A stretch of 64,000 bases of DNA from assembly GCA_025201805.1 (NCBI GenBank), contig MU619290.1, positions 89,400 through 153,399 on the forward strand, read 5' to 3'. A program made the translations under genes and the position numbers. The notes under the pieces were generated by a model, which searched no databases, had not been told where the DNA came from, and worked only from the letters and a program-made list of their open reading frames with translations. Source of the DNA: Parasitella parasitica NRRL 2501. Lineage: Eukaryota > Fungi > Mucoromycota. Below are positions 51,931 through 64,000 of the stretch, piece by piece. The first letter of the stretch is position 1; every line of letters begins with the position of its first letter.

Positions 51931-52619
51931 TGTTGTGAAATTCCAAGGAGAAAGAAAGAAAGGAGTATAAACTGGTTGACAAGAAAAACGTAAATGAATA
52001 TGAATTATTTACGGGGGGCGGCAAACCAATGCCAAACAGACAACAGATGTTGTAAGGAGAGGAGATTATGATGATCCTTAACTCCGTTTTCTTACAATTA
52101 CACACACACAACATATAAAACGCCCTCACAAACTGGATTTATTGTAATTGTCTCCTTAAAAACTCAAACGTTACCAACTAATAAGTCTTAGCTTCTATAA
52201 ACCTTGATAATTAACACTAGCTCTTGTAAAAAAGTGCTTCTTTATTTTATTCATTTAATCAAAAGCTAAAAAGATCTGATAATTCGGCGTTACAACGGTT
52301 GTAAAATTTTTTATCATTTCTCTTATCTAAGATTCAATCAACAAGATGTTATCAGATCATTAGATACACAAGACAAGGCACCGAAAAGGGCGGGTAGTAC
52401 TCATCAAACAAATATTGGAATCTGCCGTAATTATCATTGATCACGGACAATGATAAATACAAATAATGCAATCTATATCTATCACTTGATTTTGCGATCA
52501 CTTTAATGGAAGAAGTTAATTTCAAAATCAAAACGATCTTAATCGGTTTAAGATATTCATATAATTACAAACGAGTTGACAATTATATTGCTTAATAGGT
52601 GTCTTTTCATCTTTAATGC

Positions 52620-53160
52620 CAAAAAATGCCGAACAATGATAAGAAATGAGTCTGTCATGCTACTATATTCTTTGTATAAATGAAGTTGGAGACATCTCTT
52701 TCGTTTACTCTTTGGTTTCATTGGTTTCCTATATCGATGCAGTATCCAGTCTTTCAAACCCGAATATATAGACGGCTTGAATACAAGTGCAATTCTTTTG
52801 GAGATTCAGTCAAATATTACAAAAATTTTGATGAAACAGTCAGTCAAATTTTTTTTGGAGATATTCTATCGCTTTGACGTTCAACCTTTGCTTGTTATTC
52901 TTTGTACTAATAAGATCTCCTCGTCTGTAAGATCACTGCTATCAACCACTTTGGAAAATTCTCATAGGCAGATGCTCGATAGTACTGAATGGGCGGAAAA
53001 GTGCTTAATCGTCCTCAAAGATGCAATTAACTTTAGTGAAGACGAAGTAAACAAACTTGACCCGTTAGTAGTATTTGAGATCCATTTCTCTGATAAATTG
53101 CAGAAACAAAAGCTGCGAGATGCTGGCGATCCCATTATGAGGGATATAAGTGATTGCTAG
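52620..53160 (+). pseudogene. Decayed PD-(D/E)xK 'EIQ' nuclease-like gene, copy 1
   Basis: LLEIQSNITKILMKQSVKFFLEIFYRFDVQPLLVILC...WAEKCLIV aligns by eye with the copy at 53607-54456; 5' part interrupted by stops. Confidence 0.55.
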
Positions 53161-53606
53161 TTGTACTTGTGGCATTCATAATGGGGTTTTCCTGTAATAG
53201 TCGTCAATAATCAAAAGTTAGTAAACAATAAATGAAGTTCACCCACAATTAAATGTAAACCTATCCCTTAAACTGTTTGCGTTTAAATATGAACGCAAGC
53301 TTATTAGTTTCTGAGCCTTTTATTATTATACAAGTATTTTCTTTATCAAAAAGGTCCTTCTTGAGTGCCACTCATCAGTTATAGACTATTACAACTATTT
53401 AAATGCTATGTTTTTAATAAGAATTCTAACGAGTTTTTCTCTTCTTTTAAACTAAAGATATATAGACATTTATGCACTTTATACAACATACTACATATTA
53501 AATTAGCGACTGATAAAGGGATCACGGATGGTTAGTTGATACCCAAAATGAAGAGAAAGGATTATTTAATTTGAACTATCAGGATTTGTTTTCCTTTTTT
53601 GAGGAA

Positions 53607-54456
53607 TTATTGGCGTGATGATTCAGAATTTTCGTATTTCAAGATATTTAAATTCTTCCCTTCTTCTTGACAAGCGATCCAATCCATTCTTCTCCCTTGC
53701 TCCATTGTCTTTTGTTTAAATCCAGCGACAAATTTCATGGCTTCTTCATACATGTTATTGTTTCTGTCAATTGCGGTGGCGGCTGTAGATGAAGAAAATT
53801 CTGCAGTAAATATTTCTTCATATTTCCTTTTCATCGTCAGAGCTCTTGACTTTGCATCGTTTATGGCTTCTCCCAACTGTGATCGATTAAGTGAAAACGT
53901 GAGTGTCAATAATTTATCATATTCCACAAGTTGAAAATCCACAGATGAAAGTGATATATCTTTGTTAATGTTGCTAATTTGATGTTGGAATATTGTTGAG
54001 GTGTATAAGTATTGATAGGTTGATAATTTATTTAGAAATAATGTAACCTTGTTCTGCCCATGGTTGTGAAAAGTATGTGAAGACACCTGGGAGCTTGCTT
54101 AGTTTCACATGTTTATGTGTATCTTGATGGAGCTTCTTTACACAAATAATCAATATTGTAGGATCATTATAGTATCTTGTAAACGCTTGCAAGCAATAGT
54201 TGACAGCTCTTTTCATGATTGAATTGTTGATTGTATGCTGAATCTCCACAATTAGAGGAGGGAGATCTGAGATGGCGTTCTATGGCTCAAGAGCTATGTT
54301 GGAGCATGTACCGTCTGTCCATTCGCAATTTCCAATAATATAATCGTCTGTTGTTTTTACCGGAGATTCAGTGATAAGATTTACAACTTTAGTATCTCTT
54401 AGGATTCCTTTGGCCATTAGATCTTTTCCAAGCTTTGAATTCGTAGGTAGACTCAT
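53607..54456 (-). pseudogene. Decayed PD-(D/E)xK 'EIQ' (Rpn/PDDEXK_2-like) nuclease gene, copy 2
   Basis: MSLPTNSKLGKDLMAKGILRD...WTDGTCSNIALEP*...PPLIVEIQHTINNSIMKRAVNYCLQAF; in-frame TAG at 54280-82, stop and frame change near 54030, C-terminal RMDWIACQEEG. Confidence 0.6.
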
Positions 54457-54904
54457 AAAAATTTAATAATTAAAGAAAAAAAAAGTACCCGTACCCGTAC
54501 TTGTAACTACACAAATAATCTAAATGCACGCATTTATGATTGACTCTTCATTAGGGTATCTATTGATGCAAGGTTCTAGAGTTTTGGAACTCTTCCAATG
54601 TAATAGTTAGTGATATGAATGGCTTATGCAATCACTCCAAGCGGCAAAAAATAAATTGTTATCACAAATTACATCTTAGCATTTTACTCTAATAAACTTC
54701 TATAATATAAGTGACATTCTGCCATAAAAATCGGTAGTTACTTTTAAGAAGACCTATCAATGTGTTTTTTTTTGAATTTGGTTTTTGACAATGGACAACA
54801 TGATTGTTCATCATTTTTCCCAAAACGACAATAAGATTAGATTTGAATAACTGCTATATGTTTTTGGCTTTGCGACATTTAATCCCTGAAGGAGAGAAAG
54901 TACT

Positions 54905-56206
54905 TCAATTGGTGCCAAGGACATTAGGTAGTTGATTTGAAGTTTGCGATACTCGATCAAGTTCCACAATGGCAGCACTAAGGAAAATATTAGAAATTGG
55001 ATTTATAAAGCTTTTGTTTTTGTTATTTACTCATCAATGTTATCAAATTCATCTTCGTTATTAACAATAAATTCATCTTCATTACCGTCTTCTTGGAACA
55101 TGGCATAGAACTCATCATCACCTTCGTAACTGAAGCTTTCTTCTGGTAAAAGGGCAGGTTGGGCAACGGGTGCAATGGTATCTAGTTCTTCTTTAATTTT
55201 ATTGTCATGCCTGTTATGGTTTTGTTTAGCCCGCTTTTGTTGCATCTCAATCTGTTCTTGATGTCGCTTCTGAGCAAAGGAAAGAGTCTTTTGTTGTGCT
55301 TGAGCCTGAGCCTGAGCTAGAGGCTGAACTTGACGAGCTTGATTCTCAGTCTTGGCTTGACGTTGTTGACCTTGTGGGGATGTATTGACGGTTGGTGCTG
55401 GGATATATTGTTTTTGTGCCCGTTGCGCAGGTTGCTGTGGAGCATTAAGTAACGGTTGTGGTGTAACTGGGGTATCTTTTGGTCTATATTGTTCATGTCG
55501 GTACAAGTTGGCAGGCGAGAATTTAACCTGTTGGAGTATTGGGTAAATAAATGATCCAGAATGTGCCGGACGGTTAAGAAAGCATTACCTGAGGATTACC
55601 CATCTTAAGTATGCCATCCAGATAACTCTTTTCGTACATACAGTTACCAAGAGCATTGCCAAAATTTCTCAAAGTTCTCTTTACAGCATCCGTCGTAGCA
55701 TGCTTTTTGGCCTTTTCGATACCTGTTCCTTTATTTCGAGCATTTTCTGAAGCACCATATCCAATATCCTAATATTATTGTTAAATGTGATCTGTAATTG
55801 AAAACTCGATTCATCATCATTACTGTTTGAAACATACTTCTCTGTAGGTTCCATCTTTCAAGGTGATTCTCATTGTAACAGAAACGCCAACATTTACCTT
55901 GTTACCTTCGCACACATCTACCTATTGAATATTTTACTGTTAGTTACTGTTATGAGCTGATAAGGTTGAAGTATCTACGTAGTCAATGGTTGTGTTTTTG
56001 ATTTCTGTTGACCAGCCATCAAAACCAAATATCTCATTAGCTAATTGCACAGCAGCGCCTCCCGTTATGTATGTTAGGCGTCCAAAGGAACCGTTTCTAT
56101 AAGACAGGTATTCAGGTCCCAATGGCCTGCTTAGAGTTTCGTTTAAATGTTGTCGCTCTGCGTCAGTATAAGGTCTCATGAGTGAACTAGAAGGGTTTTT
56201 GGTCAT
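54905..56206 (-). CDS. RAD52: Rad52/Rad22 family DNA annealing protein
   Basis: LGPEYLSYRNG...LANEIFGFDGWS, RITLKDGTYRE|DIGYG, EKAKKHATTDAVKRTLRNFGNALGNC; 5 exons; start at 56206 or 56179. Confidence 0.92.
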
Positions 56207-56326
56207 TGATTGGAGCCAAGAACCGTGTTTGAACGTGATGCTTCTCAGACGAGAGTGGTCACATCTTTGGTATGAACACACTCTCCACAATGCCGATTTG
56301 TATAATTACCGTTTTTCAAATTGAAC

Positions 56327-59300
56327 ATGTCTCATGTAAACAACACATTTTCGGATGATACTTTTCTGAAACGACGTAGATCCGACTCGAATCTATTGAG
56401 AAATAACCAGGATATCCCAGAAAAATTACAGCAGCTTCGAAAGAGAAATTCACAAATGTCCCATCAGTTGAACAAGTCCATTTCGATTACTATGGCTGAA
56501 CGACAGCTTGCGCGAGCCACTTTGAAAAAAGACGACAATCCACAGGAAGATACATTCTACCGAGCGCTAGAAATCAAGTTCCACCATTCAGTAGGAAGTA
56601 TGAGTATCAGCCCTGCTTGTCGAGATGTTGTTTTGGCTGGGTAAAATACAAATAAACTTGGATGTTGCGACGTATTAATTGCTATCATAAAGTCGACAAG
56701 GTTTAGTGGTGATTGATCTAGAAGATCCCTGGTTAATACCGAGAATCCTCCCTCACATGTCGAAATGGGAGGTTGCAGACGTTCAATGGAGTCCTCACAT
56801 TGCTCGAGAATCATGGGTTGCGTCAACTGTAAGGGTGGTGATATCTACAGTATATCTGCAAACGCACTAACTGCCTTGTGTACTATAGTCAAATCAAAAG
56901 CTACTAGTGTGGAATCTAAACCACTCTGGTTCGAGAGCGATCGAGCATGTGTTCCATGCTCATGCAAGAGCTATTTCAGATATAAACTGGTCGCCCCATC
57001 AGCCGGATGTGCTAGCGACATGTTCTGTAGATACCTATGTCCATTTATGGGATTTGCGAGAGCCTCAAATAAGGTCCAGAGACCAAGATGATGATAGAAA
57101 AATGAGGCCCAGCTGTTCGTTCACGCCATGGAATGGTAAGTCAATGCTATTAAATAATCGCCACCACACTCATTTTCATATACGACTACACCAGCTGCTG
57201 CTACACAGGTTAAATTCAACCGAAAGAGTGAATATCTGATAGCGTCTGCGCATGACAAAGATGTCAAGATCTGGGATTTAAGAGTATGCATTGCCAATAC
57301 GGCAAAAATGGTCGATCTAACTAGCTCATCTTTAGAAAGGTGCCGTGCCTGTTACCAGCATCACAGCACACTCGAAAAAAATCTATGGTATCGACTGGAG
57401 TCGCCAAAATGATCACGATATTGTTACATGTAGTTTAGATAAGCTGGTGAAGGTATGAAATTTCGCCAAGCCAGCAATGTATAATGAAGATTAACAGATT
57501 AATGCCTGTAGTTTTGGAACATCCATAGCCCTGAAGAGGAAGAGGAGGTGATTGTGACGGACACTCCCATTTGGCGTGCAAGAAACACCCCTTTTGGAAA
57601 CGGTGTATTGATCATGCCACAAAGAACAGATTCAAAGCTGACCCTTTACAACAGGGCATGTGCTGAAACACCGGTGCATGCATTCGATGGGCATCAAGAC
57701 ACGGTAAAGGAATTTGTATGGAGATGGAAAGGCGATAGTAATGGCTCGACTGGAGGTATGAAGTATCTATTGGAAGGGAAAAGACGTTGGATATTGAACT
57801 GTTTCGTCTAGATGACCGAGAGTTTCAGCTGGTAACATGGTCCAAGGATCAAAATTTGAGACTTTGGCCTGTATCGAAAGAGATCATGAAATCAGTTGGC
57901 AATGAATCCAGCACAACCAAGACAAAACTCTCTGCTCCATCCATTGCCGTAAATAAAAGCAATGCTGTAAATGCACATTCGTTCCAACAAGAGCCGATTG
58001 AGAAATATACTGGTGATATTCGATCTTCATTCTCTTCAGCAACGCCTATACGTCTAACGCCTAATAGCAATACCTCTACAATGACACCATATAGAACGGC
58101 CATTGTTAATAATGGAACAGGCTCTGGTTATGAGCAAACAAATGCCTATCGCGAGCAGAAATATTCTGCTATCAACCCGTTACTCTGGATGCAGAACGTC
58201 AAAACTTTAGGCCCCACTGGTGGGGAAATACGTCGAGATGCAACTGCAGAAAACACGTATCAATCAGTCGCTGAAGAAATGTCATCTGTATTAAACAAAT
58301 ACTTGTCTGTGGGTGTCAAAACTGAGAAAATCAATGCATCATCTCGCACATGTACAATATCACTGCATGGACCTTGGTCAGACACTGGAGATGCGTTACT
58401 GAGAATTACCATCAGATTCAGCCCGCAGTACCCTGATAATAGCCCACCTGAATTCGATATTCAGAAAAACAGCATGATTTCGATCTATTACCGTGCTCAT
58501 ATGACACAAGATTTGAATGGATTGGCGTCTAGTTACACATCCCAAAAGAAATGGTGCTTGGAGCCGTGTATTCGTTATTTGCTAGGCGAAAATATGCAAG
58601 AAGAGACAGAGTACGGGCTTGAGAATACAAATTCATCGCTTGATTCGGCCACAGGATTAGTAAATCAAAGTGGTGCAACCACAACAGGAAGTCCAGGCCA
58701 TTGGAAAGGCACGACAGCTGTTGATACAGGCGACTCTGATGACGAACTGGGTCAAGCTTGGGGAAATATAGGCGACGGATATCGCTTTGGTAAGCGTGAA
58801 AGTATGACGAGCGAAAGAGGCATCATGGTGGATATGTCTGCCAAACAGAGTACAGATGCCAAAGTGCCTTTCCCTCGTCTTTGTGGCGGTGTTTTTTCTG
58901 GTAGCGGACAGCTAGTTTGTTTCTTTTCTACATTGCGCGTAAGAGATAACAATAGATCAAAGAATAGCCAAATCAAAGCAGAGAGATCTCAGGAAAACAA
59001 GCCTCAAAACGATCGCAGCAATGGAGAATATTTCGAAAATACATACAGTGATTTCTATAGACATCCAAAGACGTATGAGCAGTTTGAAGAGTACAAAGAA
59101 ATTGCTGCCATGTCTCGACAGGGGAAAAATGCTACTGTGTTGGTGGGCGGCACTGGCGGTGCCTTTGGTGAATATGCTTATGATGACGAGCAGGATGATA
59201 TTGATGATGGCTTGAATACTGTGGGAACCCTTTATTACAAGCCTGATGTAGGAAAACATATGCTATTCCTGTAATTGTAATTGACATTATCCCATAGAAT

Positions 59301-61054
59301 ATTGCTCTCAATAGTACGATGGGGAGCGGAGAAAATCTTTTATATCATAGTGCCAAAGCAGATAGAATTACACATAACGTAGTGATAGCTGATTTCTCTG
59401 ACAAGATGCCGTATAGCCCCTGGCTTGCCAAAGAATACATGTAAGCATTGCATAGCCAGTGCACAAAAAAATCACTTTTTTCTAATTCATTGTAGTCTTT
59501 CCAGCAAAGATCCCGTGGCAGCCTGCATATACAATGCAAAGGTCTGTCGGAAACACGGAAGACTTGATCTGTATAAAGTTTGGTGCCTTGCTGTTGAAAT
59601 TCTTCGTGGATGTGTTCCAGCAAAACTCCCAGAGGTGGACCGTATCATTACAGATGGACATCACGTATTGATTGATAACCTTATACCGAACGTAGCTATT
59701 ATGGACGAAAGCTGGCAACGAGACCAGCAATTAGCACAAGTGCGAAATATGCTTTATAACGGCGGCAATGTTGCAGAGACCACAAAAAAGCAGCCGGAAC
59801 TCATTACTGCGAGACCAATGCAAAGGGTGCAATGGGGTATGCATCCGTTAGGACAAAAACTTGTGGACGCCTTGTGAGTAGATTCTGTAAATGGCACATA
59901 TACACAATTAACATGTTTTACATTCAGATTGCAACATTTCATAACCACAGGGGATATTCAAACAGCTGCAATGCTCTCATGTACTTTTCAGGTACGGCCA
60001 AACAAAGTGCCTTCCGCGTTATTTGGACAAAAGGTAGAACAAAACTATTTTGCATCTATCAACAAATTGTTGAATTGACAGTATTTTGTTTTAGCCTATC
60101 TCGGTTGATAAATCTCCAGAAACAGAGTTGGATTACTTTTCTCTGAAGTTGAATCATCGAAATTTAAATCAGAGTAACCAACACACTCTTCGAGCAAATT
60201 CCGGCCCTAATACAGATGCAACAGAGAGAATATCACTGGCGCCCATCAGTGCTTCTTACGGAGCTAAATCCAGTAATATGCTCTCATATCTATGGGACAG
60301 CAATGACAGCATAAAACGACTCTCCCCCACTGAAAAGTTAACTGATGTTCCCAACGAATCTTCCAATAAACGGAACTCTCGACTCAATAAGTCGTGGACA
60401 TACAGTCATCCCAAGTTAAGAATACCAAGCAACACGGCTCCCGGCATTCGACATATTGTTGGAAGTCTGGGCTCACATTCCTCCCCATTATCATCACCTG
60501 TCGTGCAAACTCCCACGACTCCACTATTTGACAAGGAAGGCAAGATCCTTCAAGACACTAGTGAAATGAAAATTGAATATACCAATATGGAGTACTTTGA
60601 CAGCGAACGCGTCTTTGCAAATAATCATATACCACTAATGGATACCAAAGGGATGGCACAAAGGGATTTGTTGCGTCTAAACTATGCGGATATGCTGTAC
60701 AGATGGAATTTGCTGGATCAAAGAGCAGAAGTGCTTCGTTTTCTCAATCATCAGCCATTTCCTGCAGATAAAGAAGTCGCTTCAACCAATATCCAAGTAT
60801 CTTGCTATGCTTGTGGTACTGAACTATCCAGTAATGATAAATATTGCATCCAATGCCGAAAAGTTCGAAAACTGATTAGGTGCTGCTTTTGCCATATCCT
60901 TGTGAAAGGCTTGGTCAACTTTTGTATTCATTGTGGACATGGCGGTCATAGCAATCACTTGGAAAATTGGTTTGTTACCAATCGTCAAGTCTACTGTATG
61001 ACAGGCTGTGGATGCAAGTGTGCCTTGGAGTCATTAGAGATCAACAATAACTGA
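56327..61054 (+). CDS. MTC5: GATOR2/SEA complex subunit WDR59/Mtc5/Sea3
   Basis: WD40 repeats (AHARAISDINW, TPIWRARNTPFG, FVWR, FQLVTWSKD), RWD domain, VPFPRLCGGVFS, WGMHPLG, C-terminal RING CCFCHILVKGL...CGHGGH...CMTGCGCKC. Confidence 0.93.
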
Positions 61055-61209
61055 ATTCCTGTTGTTATATGTTTGTAATAAAAAAGTAAAATGCGAATCC
61101 TTGAAGAAAATTATTTGCTGCGTTTGATCATCGAGGTATGATAACCAAATCTTGAACCTAAATCTATAACTTATGAGCAGGTACATGCTTTTTTATTTAT
61201 TTATTTATT

Positions 61210-61600
61210 ACTCCTTTAGTTGATAATATATTCCAGAATGCATATTCAACGCTTGTCTGTATTCGCCCCCGTAAAGTGACAATGTTTGTTGCTTTTACAA
61301 GAGCCCATAACTGCTCGATTGGGTCCAGCTCTAGCGTAAATACATTACTATATAGCCTCTGCTCTCACTTTTCTTATCATTGGATGGGACTTATGAATAG
61401 TACAGTTATCCATCACAAGATAATTACAAAATGGCCTCCATCTATGTCCATGATATCAACAAGCTCTTTCATGAGTATTACAAAATGAGCAATATGTACC
61501 CTTTGGTGCTCAATTGTTGTTTCCACTACTCTCCTTAATGTCATCGTACTCTGAAGACGTTTAACTGATAGTATTCTTAACATTGAAAGTAAAGCTTTCT
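61210..61600 (-). mobile_element. Degenerate Tc1/mariner DDE_3 transposase fragment
   Basis: AHFVILMKELVDIMD, YLVMDNCTIHKSHPMIRK and ELDPIEQLWALVK in shifted frames; no TIRs found. Confidence 0.75.
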
Positions 61601-63157
61601 AGCTTGCGTTGTTGAGATAACATAATAAAGCACAACTCAAATCATATCACTATCTAGGCAAAAACTTTAATTGTGCTTGCATGGATGGACTTCTGTTCTC
61701 GAGCCACATAAAACTTTTTGGTTTTGCCACTAGTAGATGTGTAGTCCTGGTGTCTTTCGAGTTGTTACGAGAAGAAGCCATGCAGTGAACTTTGAGATGT
61801 GCTCCAGTTGCAATGGCAGCGTGCTGCTGAGATTGAATTTACCACTGCGAATATAGACCTTTAGTAGCGAAGCACCTATTTCGATTGACGAGCAAAACAT
61901 GAACTTTATAAGCTATCTAGTTATGTCTTAATATGACTCAGTAGCCAAGATAATTTATAATACGGGCCCAAAAGCCATATTTGTATAGCTTCATTTTTGG
62001 ATGAAATAATTACCACCAAATCTGAAATATTACCTTTTTCCCCGCTTAAAGGCCTATAATGCAATCTCTGATATATATACAAACTATTAAGCAACAAAGA
62101 CACAACCTTCAGCCTAAATCTTCTTTTTTTAAACCATTTTACAGTATATCCGAGTCTCATTTATCTCTGACCATTTTTTAGATTCTGCTATGCTTGGACC
62201 CCAAACCTCATATTTGATTTTCAATTTTCAACTTTGGGTTGACCTTCAGGGTCATTTTTAGGTACGAATTTAGGATTCAAACTAAGGGTACAGACTGATA
62301 CTAGTATGATAGCTGTACCTCACTAGGTCTTTTGATTCTCGATATCTATCTTTGCTGTCAAGATATTGCCAAAACCAGATTTTGCGGATTTGCAGATTTT
62401 ACAGCATATGTTTCTATAACAAGTACCATATTTTGCAATTAAACCATGTCTCAGTTCTTAAGTAGAGTAATGAAGCAAGATTTGGTACACCTTCTGGTGT
62501 TAAAAATGTCGTAGTAAAGCTCGAATTGGACAAGCTTGAGGCAACTTTGTCTTTCTACGCTAAACTTTGTCCCCCTGTTTCTCAGCAAACCATTAAGACA
62601 CTTTGGTTTGAGGTATTATTAAAATCTTTTTGAAATACGATTCTCTACTAGATGTATAAGTTTTAGATAGGTGTGTAGAAAAAAATATTTTTTCATTTTT
62701 TTTCTAGCAGAGGCTTCATTTATTTTCACAACTTTCAGAGCAATAAATCGTACATAAAAATACATGATATAGCAATACAAAAATAGAGCTACAACATAGC
62801 TACCGAAAGGTTTTTGCTTGGTAAAGAAAACCAATTTTTGAGCGAGAAAATGTCGAAATACGGAATTGATTTCCACCCTTTTAAATGGCCCTTTAAACGA
62901 GCTTGTGGCTATATCTATGGTTAAGGGCATTTAATAAAAAAAAAATGGAAAAATGAAATGAAAAAGGGGGGCTAAATACCTATGAATTGATTTAAACAAT
63001 ATGAATAAACAACCTATTCCATAAATTCTAATTTTGAAGTGTTCGAAAGGCTCACTTCTTGATCTTTAAAACGACTTCAAGCTTTCTTTTTTCATAATTT
63101 TAAAGCGTGCACTTATTAATTTGAAGTTGTTTCTGTTTTATTGATTACTCAAGTATT

Positions 63158-64000
63158 TTAACAGTAGCCGCCACGAAAAGAGGGGCGACCAGGACACCAA
63201 ACGATACCACATCTTGTACATTTATTTTGGCAAGTGCCACGGGACTGACCACCAGGACAACCAACGATACTGCAGGTTTGACAACGTCGATGTCTAATGG
63301 TGCGGTTTTGAACACGCGAAGTCGTTTGGATTGTCTAATGAGGAATTGCAAATGTTGGAGGAAAAAAACGTCTAGGAGCGGGTGCGATTAAACGTGGAGA
63401 TTGATTACCTGAAGAAGAGACAGGGATTTTTTGCAATACAGGTTGCGTGATTCGAGTAAAAGAAAAATGTTGAGGCTCTTGAGCGTTGACACGAGAGTTT
63501 TCTGGTACAACGACACTTCTTGAGGGGTTATGAACAAGAACATTCATCCTGCGGATTGTCAGCCTATTTGATCGCTCAGCCTCAACAATTTTTTTTGCCT
63601 GTTGTCTTTTGTTGTAGTAATTTCTTAAGAGTTCAGGTGTTTTGTAGAAGATAGCCATGCCATTGCTGATGCGAGACCAATATTTGCATAGCTTCAAGAA
63701 GTCTGGAGAGGATCTTCTTCCAAAATCATTGAATTGATTGTTGATTTGCGTGAAAATTAGATCTCTAAATATTGCCTTTTCTTCAGAGGTATGTACATGA
63801 ACGACTGCATATTTGGTTCCTTGATGTTCAGCAAGGTAGTTATAGTTTGTTAGGTTAGTATCAACTTCTGCAGTAAATGCTGCAAGTGGTAGAGCTGATA
63901 ATGCCAAAAATGCCGTCAAAGTCGTGGGTGATGTAATTGTAGAGGTGGTGGTAGATCTCCGTTGAATGTTAGTTGACCGGCTCGAAATTCTTAGCGGAAT
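63158..64000 (-). mobile_element. 3' part of a transposon-associated ORF (DUF6729-associated type, tentative) with a Cys-rich tail; runs off the window
   Basis: QGTKYAVVHVHTSEEKAIF...DFLKLCKYW...IFYKTPELLRNYY, then after an in-frame TAG (63335-37) RRCQTCSIVGCPG...CQNKCTRCGIVWCPG...YC*. Confidence 0.5.

Overview
Eukaryotic, AT-rich, gene-dense DNA with many short (about 50-70 nt) GT-AG introns. Gene content and style fit a Mucorales fungus (inference). About 20 protein-coding genes: USP-domain, DUF2015, CTC1-like, GT15 mannosyltransferase, poly(A) polymerase, ankyrin/anillin-like, VPS55, TOM70, NAP/SET, RPL18, SPC25, Num1-like PH, USP7/UBP15, UBC12, ERV25, EGT2-like, WD40-TRP-like channel, Cu P1B-ATPase, RAD52 and WDR59/MTC5. 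There is also one tRNA-Ser(AGA) and several mobile-element relics: a gag-only LTR element, a full-length but broken Tc1/mariner, a second Tc1 fragment, two decayed PD-(D/E)xK 'EIQ' nuclease-like genes and the 3' part of a Cys-rich transposon-like ORF. The most notable observations are: (1) VPS55 needs a 1-nt microexon to stay in frame; (2) an intact 654-aa Gag lies behind a single LTR, its upstream ATG appears to come from a mutated primer-binding site and its stop codon from an inverted piece of its own LTR; (3) a convergent pair of Rpn-like nuclease relics; (4) a long stem-loop in RPL18 intron 1. All family calls come from motif recognition by eye; no searches were run.
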